DNA from: Candidatus Ryanbacteria bacterium
Lineage (GTDB): Bacteria; Patescibacteriota; Minisyncoccia; Ryanbacterales; GWA2-47-10b
Length of the DNA: 47,324 nucleotides
Assembly: GCA_009691385.1 (NCBI GenBank)
Contig: SICQ01000002.1
Coordinates: 1-47,324 of the forward strand
Direction of reading: 5' to 3'
Part shown: positions 19,176 to 28,403 of the stretch, piece by piece
Layout of the letters: every line of letters begins with the position of its first letter
Numbering within the stretch: the first letter of the stretch is position 1
The notes under the pieces: model-generated
The model's database searches: none
Told to the model about the DNA's origin: nothing
Seen by the model: the letters and a program-made list of their open reading frames with translations, nothing else
Program-made: the position numbers and the translations under genes

Positions 19176-20471
19176 CTAGATGAGCTTTTCTCGAAACAAT
19201 GCCGCGACCTCCGAGATCGCCACACGCTCTTGTTTGGCGGTATCACGATCGCGAACAGTTACCGTGCCGTCTTCGAGTGTTTGGTAATCAATCGTCACAC
19301 ACCATGGCGTGCCAATCTCATCTTGCCTACGGTACCGCTTGCCGATGTTGCCGATATCATCCCAGCGCACCATAAACTCGCGGCTGAGCACATCAAATAC
19401 TTCTTTTGCCTTTTCGGTAATATGCTCTTTGTTGGATACGAGTGGAAAGACTGCGACAGTTATGGGTGCGAGCCGTGGATGCAGACGCAAGACTACCCGT
19501 TTGTCCCCCGCGAGCTCGTCTTCATCATACGCATCAATCATAAACGCCAGAAACGCGCGATCAACGCCAACTGACGGCTCAATGACATTGGGTACAAACC
19601 CTGCGTCAGATTTGATAAAGTCATCCCCCGTCCAGTGATATTCGGGGAAATGATTTTTGAGATCAAAATCGGTACGATTAGCCACGCCTTCGAGCTCCGA
19701 GAAACCATCTTGTGAAAGGCCAAAACGATATTCGATATCGGTCGTCGCCTTTGAATAGTGTGCAAGCTCGTCGCCTGCGTAATCACGAAAGCGTAAATTT
19801 TCTTTTTTAATGCCGAGATTTAAAAACCACTGCATGCGCATAGCGCGAATCTCGCCAAAATATTGGTCGGCATCTTTGGGATCGCAAAAATATTCGAGCT
19901 CCATCTGCTCGAACTCGCGCGAGCGAAACACAAAATTGCGTGGGGTAATCTCGTTGCGAAACGCTTTGCCGATCTGAGCGATACCAAACGCAAGCTTGGG
20001 ATGAAACGCGTCAACGACATTTTTAAAATTGATAAAAATACCCTGCGCGGTCTCAGGGCGCAAATACGCCACCGCTGATTCATCCTCAATCGCGCCCGCA
20101 TGCGTCTTGAACATCATATTGAATTGGCGTGATTCGCCGAGCGCTCCTCCACATTCAGGGCATTTGGTGTCTTCTATATGATCAGTGCGAAAACGGCGTT
20201 TGCATTTTTTGCATTCAACAAGCGGATCGGTAAAGTGATCAGTATGTCCTGACGACTGCCAAACCTTAGCGCTCGAAATAATCGCTGAATCGAGAGGGAA
20301 AATATGCGGTTTGCGCATAGACTTCCACCATTCGCGTTTGATATTTTCTTTGAGAAGAACTCCTAACGGACCATAGTCCCAAGTACCCGCAAGACCGCCG
20401 TAGATGTCGGATCCGGGAAAGACAAAACCTTTGCGTTTTGCGAGCGATACGATTGTTTCGAGTGAAGTCAT
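19176..20471 (-). CDS. glyQS: glycyl-tRNA synthetase (alpha2 type)
   Basis: 431 aa. Class II motifs (YLRPETAQG, FRNEITPR, GVDR), zinc-like CKKCKRRF...CPECG insertion. Confidence 0.95.
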   Translation of the reverse strand: MTSLETIVSLAKRKGFVFPGSDIYGGLAGTWDYGPLGVLLKENIKREWWKSMRKPHIFPLDSAIISSAKVWQSSGHTDHFTDPLVECKKCKRRFRTDHIEDTKCPECGGALGESRQFNMMFKTHAGAIEDESAVAYLRPETAQGIFINFKNVVDAFHPKLAFGIAQIGKAFRNEITPRNFVFRSREFEQMELEYFCDPKDADQYFGEIRAMRMQWFLNLGIKKENLRFRDYAGDELAHYSKATTDIEYRFGLSQDGFSELEGVANRTDFDLKNHFPEYHWTGDDFIKSDAGFVPNVIEPSVGVDRAFLAFMIDAYDEDELAGDKRVVLRLHPRLAPITVAVFPLVSNKEHITEKAKEVFDVLSREFMVRWDDIGNIGKRYRRQDEIGTPWCVTIDYQTLEDGTVTVRDRDTAKQERVAISEVAALFREKLI

Positions 20472-20508
20472 AGAAAAAACTTAGCACGAGGAAGCCGTTA
20501 TGCCAACG

Positions 20509-22404
20509 CTACTCTTCTACTTCCCCTCCTTCGCGGAATGCCCGCGGATCATCACGGAGAGCGGTAGTGGCGCGGGCTGTTGTCTGGGTAATCGTAATAT
20601 TGGCAAACGAATCACGCCCTTCAAATCGTGCTGCGGACACGAGTTCTGCGGGCTGTCCTACTTGCGGGAGCGAGGGGGTAAACGCTATCTGAAAAGCCAC
20701 TTCGCGCGCCCGATCACTACTACCGGTACCGGCTGGGATACTGCCCGGGAGCCACGATATCTCGCGCGTTGCTTCATCAAAAGTAATCGGCGCGCCACTT
20801 GGCGGATCGACCACACCCCTCCAGCGTATATATGATGGCAATGTGGCACGCACCACGCCATCTGTCAGATCGTTGGTCGCGTTGGTCACCGACCATACGA
20901 TAAGATAGGTCGATTCCTGCCCTACACGCGGAGGAAAGGGCCCCGAATTTTGTACGCGCGAATCATAAAAATATCCTTTTTGAGAAAACGAGGCGCGGGT
21001 CGCAAGTTTGTAGGTCACTCGTTCTTCGCCTGAAATATCTACCCCTTCATATCCTGACGGCAATTCGCGTGTCTGCATGGTAGAACGAAACACGAGCGTA
21101 GGATTGCGTACGCTAATAGTTTTTTTGGTTGTGATGCTAAATCTAAATGCACCACTCTCGCCCGGATCCACCACTAAGAGTTCGGGTATGCGCCCTGGCA
21201 CCCAGCGTAAAGAATTGCGATCTTGGTCAAACTCGCCACGGTCACTAATAAGTGTCTTGATATCAAACGCTTCGCCTTCAAACGTGACTTCGACCGTAGC
21301 ATTGGAAACGGCAACGGGAAGATTATTTTGCCATTCAAGAACGGCTTTGATCGAAGTGCCAGCAAGCAACACTCCCGTATCAAGATCATCTTCGGCATTA
21401 ATCGTAAGCTTGGTCACCAACAGCGGCGGTGTAATAGCAAATGTTTTTTCAGACGAGGTGAATATATCAAATTCGTTCTTTGTGCGATCATACACGCCGA
21501 CCTTTGCTTTCATAGATTGTGGTGCTATCGAATCTTTGATGCGTCCCTTGACGGAAAGTTTGAAGGTATCGCCCTTGCCAAGGTCTCCTATGGTCCAGAT
21601 GGTATTGCCTTTGGTCGGCTTTATATTTGATGAAATAAATTCAAATGCGTCAGGGTACATCATTTCAACCGATATACCACGAAATGGCGTCTCGGCACTC
21701 GATACGAGCGAGAGCTGCGCTTCAATCTGCTGACCTGCCTTAAGCTCTTTTGGCAATAGCAACTCAACGCCCAAGAGCGACCCTTTGACGGGAGACTCGT
21801 AGGCAGTTTCTTTGGCGAGCAACACCGACGAATCGCGTGGACGATATTCGATCTTTACCTGTCCTTTTAAAATTTCATCTTGCGCGCCAAACACAATAGC
21901 TGAAAACAGTTCTTCTTTTTTATCACCTGGATTGATGGTGCCAAGCTCTCGCCGTTCAGGTCGTAAACCACCTTTCATATAATCACCTGAGAGCGGCTGC
22001 GACATAGGTGGATAGGCAAAAACAAGTACTGCTTTATCAAGCGCGATATCGTTTTTGTTTTCGTACACCACACGCCATACGAGTTTTTTGCCCGCGATAG
22101 CGTCATCAGCGCTCTCAACCGTGAGGTTAATATTTTTACGGGTATCAACGCCGAGAACAGACCATTTCCCTGAAATCAGTAAATAGCCCACCATCACAAT
22201 AGCGATAGTCCCCAATCCTCCACCAATACCCCACCACAAAAGTTTACGAAGAAATTTTTGCATAGAATCTTCCTCGACTACGGCGTCCTCCTTCCATGAC
22301 ACTGGAGCTTGCGTATTGTTTCTGCGAAGACGCCACGAATGTTCGCGGTCTTCAAACCCCTCGCCCTTTTTAAAAAGCCGCCGCCTTAGATCATCAAGCG
22401 CCAT
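20509..22404 (-). CDS. membrane-anchored surface protein with repeated beta-sandwich (DUF11/CARDB-like) modules
   Basis: Start at ATG 22404 (MALDDLRRRLF), because the longer track ORF would overlap recO. One TM (LLWWGIGGGLGTIAIVMVGYLLI) followed by about 550 aa of repetitive beta-rich sequence. Confidence 0.7.
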   Translation of the reverse strand: MALDDLRRRLFKKGEGFEDREHSWRLRRNNTQAPVSWKEDAVVEEDSMQKFLRKLLWWGIGGGLGTIAIVMVGYLLISGKWSVLGVDTRKNINLTVESADDAIAGKKLVWRVVYENKNDIALDKAVLVFAYPPMSQPLSGDYMKGGLRPERRELGTINPGDKKEELFSAIVFGAQDEILKGQVKIEYRPRDSSVLLAKETAYESPVKGSLLGVELLLPKELKAGQQIEAQLSLVSSAETPFRGISVEMMYPDAFEFISSNIKPTKGNTIWTIGDLGKGDTFKLSVKGRIKDSIAPQSMKAKVGVYDRTKNEFDIFTSSEKTFAITPPLLVTKLTINAEDDLDTGVLLAGTSIKAVLEWQNNLPVAVSNATVEVTFEGEAFDIKTLISDRGEFDQDRNSLRWVPGRIPELLVVDPGESGAFRFSITTKKTISVRNPTLVFRSTMQTRELPSGYEGVDISGEERVTYKLATRASFSQKGYFYDSRVQNSGPFPPRVGQESTYLIVWSVTNATNDLTDGVVRATLPSYIRWRGVVDPPSGAPITFDEATREISWLPGSIPAGTGSSDRAREVAFQIAFTPSLPQVGQPAELVSAARFEGRDSFANITITQTTARATTALRDDPRAFREGGEVEE

Positions 22405-22408
22405 AGTG

Positions 22409-22978
22409 CTAGTATAGCATGTGATTAGCGCGCAGTATCCCCTCGATACCTTCTTCAAATGCTTCGCGCTCATTGGAGTCAGCAAAAAGACTATCATCTG
22501 ACCTCTCTGTGATAAACGCGCGCGCCTTTGGAGTAAAAAATTTTCCCTGCTCTGGAGTGTCTGGCAAAAAACCACTAACCTCTAGTACTCGGAGTTTAAA
22601 GCGCATCTCGTCAGAAAAATTGCGCACGGCGCGTATATCCAATACCGCATCCCATAAATCAAGATCGGGCTCTTCGTCTCCCGTCATGCGCAACATAAAA
22701 TCGGCGCATCGTTTATGATATGGCGTAGCCCCGCTCTCTAAAGCCCCTTCTGATTCTGCATCAATCACACGCCACACGGTACTGCCTCGCGTCAACATCA
22801 GACGCAGTGGCGTAAAAAGAGTCAGATGCCCACGCAATTTTGATTTGGCAAGACGCACACCGGTAGCAACCGCACTCACCCGACCCAAGTCTTTGGTAAA
22901 AAAAGTAAGATACACATCAGCCTCCCCCCGCTCGCGAGATGCGAGCACAATGGCATCCGTACCGTAATACCCATTCAT
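22409..22978 (-). CDS. recO: DNA repair protein RecO (short form)
   Basis: 189 aa. N-terminal OB-fold signature (DAIVLASRERGEADVYLTFFTKDLGRVSAVATGVR). Confidence 0.8.
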   Translation of the reverse strand: MNGYYGTDAIVLASRERGEADVYLTFFTKDLGRVSAVATGVRLAKSKLRGHLTLFTPLRLMLTRGSTVWRVIDAESEGALESGATPYHKRCADFMLRMTGDEEPDLDLWDAVLDIRAVRNFSDEMRFKLRVLEVSGFLPDTPEQGKFFTPKARAFITERSDDSLFADSNEREAFEEGIEGILRANHMLY

Positions 22979-22980
22979 AT

Positions 22981-25900
22981 TTAGACCTTTTCGACAGAGA
23001 CGATGCTGGGGCCTTTGTTGGTATCGGCGACTTCTAAGCGCTTGGCACGCGTGCCTTTTTTGATAGCCGCGAGCGCTGTGGGCGAGAAAGTACCTGTAAT
23101 AATGAGTGATACGGTATCGAGTGGCTGAAGACCCGCCTTTTTACGAGCATCTTGCGCGAAACGGATAAGCTCGCGCACCTCGCCTTCTTCTTTGAGTTCA
23201 GGGGAAATGACCATGTCGAGTGCCGCGTCTTCTGTTAGTTTTTTATTTACTACAATGCCTTTGACATTGAGCTCTTCTTTTAAAATATCAAGGAGTGACG
23301 CGTCGCGCACAGTGATACCCTTTACCATCAAAGATGCGAGCGGCTGGCGTACTTTGATACCGGCGCGCGCACGAAGCTCAAGCCCACGCGCGGCAAGCGC
23401 GCGCACTTCGTCCATGCCGCTCACAAGTGCTTTGTTATATGCCTGCTTTTTATGCCAATCTTCCAGATGCACGCTCTCGCGTTTACCACCTGCCGCGCGA
23501 TATATGATCTCTGCGGTAAATGGCACAAAGGGCGCTGCGAGTACTGCGGTCTGCAAAAGCGTTTTGCGTAAAATCTCAACACCCTCGCCTGAGCGCATCC
23601 GTTCGCGCGACCGGCGCACATACCAGCGCGAGATATCATTGCCCACGAAATCTTCGATAAGGCGCGCCGCACCCACCACATCATACGCATCCATGCGACG
23701 CGCGACCTCGGCGCTCACCTGAGCAGATTTCGCCTCCATCCACAAATCAAGGGTATTTTTGCGTGATGTTTTTTTGGCGACTGGTTTATACATCTCATAG
23801 AAATTGAGTGTATTGAGAAAAAGATCGATAAATGTTCGTTTTGATTTTTCAAGATCAGAAGTATCAAAGAGCTTGGAATCACCTGGCTGATTGATAGTAA
23901 AGAAATACCAACGCACCGCATCGGCGCCATATTTTTCAAAAAGATCCATGGGTTCTACCACATTGCCTTTTGATTTCGACATTTTCTTTCCTTCTGCATC
24001 CAACAAGTGCCCGAGTGAAATAACATTTTTATACGGCGCTTTTTTGCCCAAAAGCGTCGAGACTGCGAGCAGCGTATAAAACCACCCTCGTGTCTGATCG
24101 ATCGCCTCAGAGATAAAGTCAGCGGGGTAGGCCGTGCCCTTGTCGATACGGGCTTTATTTTCAAACGGATAGTGTTGTGCAGCAAATGGCATCGCGCCCG
24201 AATCAAACCATACATCAGCGACCTCGGGCGTGCGATCCATCTTTGTAAGACACCCCGAACACATCACGGGAAAATTATCGATAAACGGTTTATGAAGATC
24301 CGTCTCGCCAAACTCATTGCGCGGCACCGCCACGGGTACGATGCGATGCACATCAGCATTTTTGAGATATTTGGCCTGTGAAAACTCATCTGGCTGTTGT
24401 GTGCCACGCATGATCGCCTCTAAAAACCAGAGCGGATCTCCATGACCTACGATCAAAATCTTTTTCTTTTTGTGCAATGTCTCGAGTCTTTGAAAAAATC
24501 GATAACTGCGCTTTTTGACATCAGCCCACGACTCGCCACCCGGAAACGGGTGTTTGAGGATTTCTTCGGCGGTATGCTTTTTCCAAATGTCTTCGACAGC
24601 ATCGCCCTCATAATCTCCTGGATTGTGCTCGCGCAAGTCAGCATCGTACAAGACCGGCACGCGAAGTTCGCGCGCTAAAATCGCCGCCGTCTCGCGCGTA
24701 CGGGTGAGGTCTGATGAAATAATCAATTGAATACCTGATTTTTTGAGAACCGCTGCTGCTTTTTTTACCTCCGTCTTACCGCGTGGCAAAAGCCCATACG
24801 AATTATTGAGTTTGGCGGTTGCGATACCGAGTAAATTATTTTTCGCAAACCCGTGACGCATCAAGAAATAAGTGTTGGTAGATTTTGGTGCGCGCTCTGA
24901 TATCTCGGCGATTGAGCCAAAAACATCCCTGCGATTACATTCTTTGCATGACCATACCGGTAGCGGCGTGCCCCAATAGCGCTCTCGAGAAAATGCCCAG
25001 TCTTTGTCCTCGCGAAGCCATTGGCCAAAGCGACCATCACGCAAATGCGCCGGATGCCAGTTGATCGATTTGTTTGCTTCTACCATCTTGGGACGCACCG
25101 CACTGACCTTCACCCACCATGACTTGCGTACACGATAGATAAGCGGCGTATCGCATCGCCAGCAAAATGGATAATCATGCTCGTAGAGCGCCTCGCGAAA
25201 TAACAGCCCTTTTTGTATCAAATCTTTTACTACAAACGGATCAGCTTCTTTGACAAACATCCCTTCCCACTGCGGTACTGCTTTGGTAAATTTACCTGCG
25301 TCATCAACCGTAACAAAAGTCGGCAATCCTTCGCGCTTGCCTACCTTTAAGTCATCGTCGCCGAACGCGGGCGCGATATGCACGATACCGGTACCCTCTT
25401 GGTCAGTGATAAAAGTGCCTGCAACCACACGATACGGAATATCAGGCGCGGGATAGGGCGGATCATACTCAAGACCCAAAAGCTTTGAGCCCGGCTCGCG
25501 CCAGAGAGGTTCGAGCCCGGGGAAGAGTTTTGCCGCAAGCGACCCGAGTACGATAAGCTGCTCGCCCCGGTCATCAATAGTCACATATTCAAGCTCGGGG
25601 TGTACGGCTGCTGCCACATTGGCCGGTAGTGTCCACGGCGTTGTAGTCCATACCAAAAGTGATGCTCTGCGTGTTTTGAGACGAAAGCGCACAAATACTG
25701 ATTGATCTTTTACTTTTTTATATCCTTGCGCGAGCTCGTGAGACGACAATGCGGTACCGCACCGCGCGCACCACGGCACCACCTTGTCATCCTGATACAG
25801 CAATTTGCGCGCATTAAACTCTTTGACGATATGCCAAAGTGATTCAATGTATGAATTTTTATAGGTGACATAGGGATTTTTGGTATCAATCCAATACCCC

Positions 25901-26280
25901 ATGCGCTCGGTGACTTTCTCCCACTGGCTTGTATACAGCCAGACGGATTCTTTACATTTGCGATTAAACGGTTCGATACCGTACGCCTCGATATCTTGTT
26001 TCAATTTAAAACCGAGTGCTTTCTCAACAGCGATCTCGACAGGCAAACCATGGGTGTCCCAACCCGCACGGCGCTCAACCAAAAAACCTTGCATAGTCTT
26101 ATAGCGCGCGATGACATCTTTGAACGCACGGGCTTCTACATGATGCAACCCCGGCATGCCGTTTGCCGTAGGTGGCCCCTCAAAAAAAACAAAGCGCTTT
26201 GCCTGAGCGCGTTGCTTAATGCTTTTTTCAAAAATATTTTTCTGGGTCCAGAATCCAAGGACGCCACGCTCATCTCGCAT
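22981..26280 (-). CDS. ileS: isoleucyl-tRNA synthetase with an inserted histidine-phosphatase-like domain
   Basis: 1099 aa. HIGH-type (PPTANGMPGLHHV), CP1 editing (TTTPWTLPAN), KMSKS (KKMSKSKGN). An RHG/His_Phos-like insertion at aa ~465-660 is described in findings. Confidence 0.95.
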   Translation of the reverse strand: MRDERGVLGFWTQKNIFEKSIKQRAQAKRFVFFEGPPTANGMPGLHHVEARAFKDVIARYKTMQGFLVERRAGWDTHGLPVEIAVEKALGFKLKQDIEAYGIEPFNRKCKESVWLYTSQWEKVTERMGYWIDTKNPYVTYKNSYIESLWHIVKEFNARKLLYQDDKVVPWCARCGTALSSHELAQGYKKVKDQSVFVRFRLKTRRASLLVWTTTPWTLPANVAAAVHPELEYVTIDDRGEQLIVLGSLAAKLFPGLEPLWREPGSKLLGLEYDPPYPAPDIPYRVVAGTFITDQEGTGIVHIAPAFGDDDLKVGKREGLPTFVTVDDAGKFTKAVPQWEGMFVKEADPFVVKDLIQKGLLFREALYEHDYPFCWRCDTPLIYRVRKSWWVKVSAVRPKMVEANKSINWHPAHLRDGRFGQWLREDKDWAFSRERYWGTPLPVWSCKECNRRDVFGSIAEISERAPKSTNTYFLMRHGFAKNNLLGIATAKLNNSYGLLPRGKTEVKKAAAVLKKSGIQLIISSDLTRTRETAAILARELRVPVLYDADLREHNPGDYEGDAVEDIWKKHTAEEILKHPFPGGESWADVKKRSYRFFQRLETLHKKKKILIVGHGDPLWFLEAIMRGTQQPDEFSQAKYLKNADVHRIVPVAVPRNEFGETDLHKPFIDNFPVMCSGCLTKMDRTPEVADVWFDSGAMPFAAQHYPFENKARIDKGTAYPADFISEAIDQTRGWFYTLLAVSTLLGKKAPYKNVISLGHLLDAEGKKMSKSKGNVVEPMDLFEKYGADAVRWYFFTINQPGDSKLFDTSDLEKSKRTFIDLFLNTLNFYEMYKPVAKKTSRKNTLDLWMEAKSAQVSAEVARRMDAYDVVGAARLIEDFVGNDISRWYVRRSRERMRSGEGVEILRKTLLQTAVLAAPFVPFTAEIIYRAAGGKRESVHLEDWHKKQAYNKALVSGMDEVRALAARGLELRARAGIKVRQPLASLMVKGITVRDASLLDILKEELNVKGIVVNKKLTEDAALDMVISPELKEEGEVRELIRFAQDARKKAGLQPLDTVSLIITGTFSPTALAAIKKGTRAKRLEVADTNKGPSIVSVEKV

Positions 26281-26323
26281 TTTTTAACTCTAATCGAAAA
26301 ACGGTCTTTTTTCAAATGCGCAC

Positions 26324-26352
26324 TTGCGAAAACGGTCACCGTTCTCTAGGAT
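26324..26352 (+). promoter_or_regulatory. possible promoter with embedded palindrome upstream of the HtrA-like gene
   Basis: TTGCGA (26324-26329), 17-nt spacer, TAGGAT (26347-26352). The spacer contains the palindrome AACGGTcACCGTT (26331-26343). Confidence 0.3.
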
Positions 26353-26388
26353 AGACGCTAGACAACGACCCTCGACAAGGAGGTAATA

Positions 26389-27597
26389 ATGTACTGGAGA
26401 AAGAACTGTGGAATCGTAGGATCTCTAACCTTCACACTCGCGTGCTTCGCCGCGACAGCCGCGGCGAAGCAACCGACCAAACAGGAAATCGTCGAGCACT
26501 ATGCGAAAGCGGTCGTGCTCGTCGAGCGCTTGACCGTCGGCGAAAGCGTGAAAGTCCAAGGGTCGGGCGTATTCTACAGCCCCACCCGCATCGTCACCAA
26601 CGCCCATGTGATCGGCGACATCCCCGAAAACCGCGAGACAGTCGAACGCGTGTACATGGATACGGATCTCTCACGCGCCGTGTTCTGGGTGACCTTTCTA
26701 GGCAAGAAGTACAAGGCACGCCTTGTAGGACGCGACCCCGATCTTGACCTTGCAATCCTCGAGATCGACCACGCTGTAGACGGCGTGCGCCCTGCGCGGT
26801 TCGGTGACTCCGGCAAGTGCGCGGCCGGACACGAAGTCTATGTGTTCGGCAACCCGCTCGGCATGGAAAACTCTGTGACTTCGGGTATCGTCTCGGGCAA
26901 GGAGCGGCGCATTGGCATGCTCAGCTACGAAGAGCTCATCCAGACAGACGCGCCTATCAATCCTGGTAATTCAGGTGGTGCACTCGTCTCGATGGAGACC
27001 GGCGAGCTGCTTGGTATCCCCAACTCCAAGATTCCCTTCGCTGACAATATGGGCTTTGCCGTACCGATCAATCTGTTTCGCGACATCGAGCCACAGCTCC
27101 AAGGCACCATCAAACATAGCTGGCTCGGCATCTCATTCCCCGGACCCAAGTTCACCGATTCTGAAGGTTTTCAGGGATTGAAAGCAATCCACGAGCTCAC
27201 GGGTGCCAATCACCTTGAGGTACTCGACGGTATCAGACGCGAGGTGTTTGATAAAGACAAAGGCGGGGTACTCGTCACCAATGTGATGCGGGCGCATGTC
27301 GATAAGCTCTACGCGATACTCGCCTCCGATGGCGAGAACGCCGCCGCTGAAGCGACTGCCCGTACGCCACCCGCGCTCAAAGCAGGATTCGAGCTCGGTG
27401 ATGTCATCACCAAATTCGGAGAGTTTGAGATCAAGCGCGATCTCGACCTCATCCGCGCCATCTTCCGCAGTAAACCTCGCGAAACACTACCCGTGCGCAT
27501 AGTACGTTTCGACAGTACAGACAAGCGTACCGAAGTCGTACTCATGGTCACCCCCATCGTCCGCAATCCAGACGGCGTGGCGGGTGGCTTCTACTAA
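26389..27597 (+). CDS. secreted trypsin-like serine protease, HtrA/DegP-like with C-terminal PDZ-like region (GC-rich)
   Basis: 402 aa. Signal peptide; catalytic triad contexts TNAHV, DLAILEI, GNSGGALV. AAGGAGG SD at 26377-26383. Confidence 0.85.
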   Translation: MYWRKNCGIVGSLTFTLACFAATAAAKQPTKQEIVEHYAKAVVLVERLTVGESVKVQGSGVFYSPTRIVTNAHVIGDIPENRETVERVYMDTDLSRAVFWVTFLGKKYKARLVGRDPDLDLAILEIDHAVDGVRPARFGDSGKCAAGHEVYVFGNPLGMENSVTSGIVSGKERRIGMLSYEELIQTDAPINPGNSGGALVSMETGELLGIPNSKIPFADNMGFAVPINLFRDIEPQLQGTIKHSWLGISFPGPKFTDSEGFQGLKAIHELTGANHLEVLDGIRREVFDKDKGGVLVTNVMRAHVDKLYAILASDGENAAAEATARTPPALKAGFELGDVITKFGEFEIKRDLDLIRAIFRSKPRETLPVRIVRFDSTDKRTEVVLMVTPIVRNPDGVAGGFY

Positions 27598-27616
27598 CAT
27601 GTGCGCAAAAAGCACA

Positions 27617-27648
27617 AGAGCGAGCCCCACGGCTCGCTCTTTTTCTTT
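27617..27648. terminator. intrinsic terminator between convergent genes
   Basis: GAGCGAGCC-ccac-GGCTCGCTC followed by TTTTTCTTT. An A-rich run precedes it, so it may act in both directions. Confidence 0.6.
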
Positions 27649-27668
27649 GTTCTATAATTTCTAAAATA

Positions 27669-28364
27669 TTATTCAGTGATCACTACCTCGGTCATCGCAT
27701 CACCTTGTGCAACCTTCAGGAGAACATCCATGCCCTTGGTCACGCGACCGAATACGGTATGACGACCATCGAGATGCACTTGCGCACTCTCGGTGATGAT
27801 GAAGAACTGGCTGCCGTTGGTATTGGGACCACGGTTTGCCATGGCGATAGCGCCGACATCGTTTTTCATTGATTTGAGATCGTAGTTGTACTTATATCCT
27901 GATGCCTCGAGCCTTGAGATCATGTCTGCTGGCACACCGAGTACTTTTGGATTGATCTCATCTTCAAACTCATAGCCGGGGCCACCCGTACCGTTACCTG
28001 ATGGGTCACCACCCTGTGCCATAAAGCCAGCGATCACACGGTGAAAGACAAGGCCGTTGTAAAATCCTTTTTTACTAAGTGTGACAAAGTTTGATACAGT
28101 CTTTGGCGCTACCTCGGGATACAGCTCAAGCTCGATATCACCTTTTTGTGTTTTGATTGTTGCTTTCACAGTTTTTCCATTAAATTGCATAATCTCGGGC
28201 CCTGCCATGACTTCTGGAGGCGGTGGCACGGTCTGATCAGTCAGAGAAGCAGTACCTGCATCATTTGTCGCAGGCTTGCTCGTGCCAAGCCAAACAACTC
28301 CCCCGAACACGACGAAGAGTGCGAGAAGTCCGATAATAACATTGCGTGGTTGTTGCATATCCAT
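27669..28364 (-). CDS. cyclophilin-type peptidyl-prolyl cis-trans isomerase, membrane-anchored
   Basis: 231 aa. N-terminal TM; [21 protein letters not shown] motifs. Confidence 0.9.
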   Translation of the reverse strand: MDMQQPRNVIIGLLALFVVFGGVVWLGTSKPATNDAGTASLTDQTVPPPPEVMAGPEIMQFNGKTVKATIKTQKGDIELELYPEVAPKTVSNFVTLSKKGFYNGLVFHRVIAGFMAQGGDPSGNGTGGPGYEFEDEINPKVLGVPADMISRLEASGYKYNYDLKSMKNDVGAIAMANRGPNTNGSQFFIITESAQVHLDGRHTVFGRVTKGMDVLLKVAQGDAMTEVVITE

Positions 28365-28403
28365 GGAGAAATACTAAACTATTTTTTTTGCAGACGCAAC
28401 TGT

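Noticed and set aside
22405-22575. N-terminal extension of the surface-protein ORF.
   Set aside because: It would overlap the last 55 codons of recO. The ATG at 22404 lies 4 nt after the recO stop and gives a sensible cytoplasmic tail plus TM.
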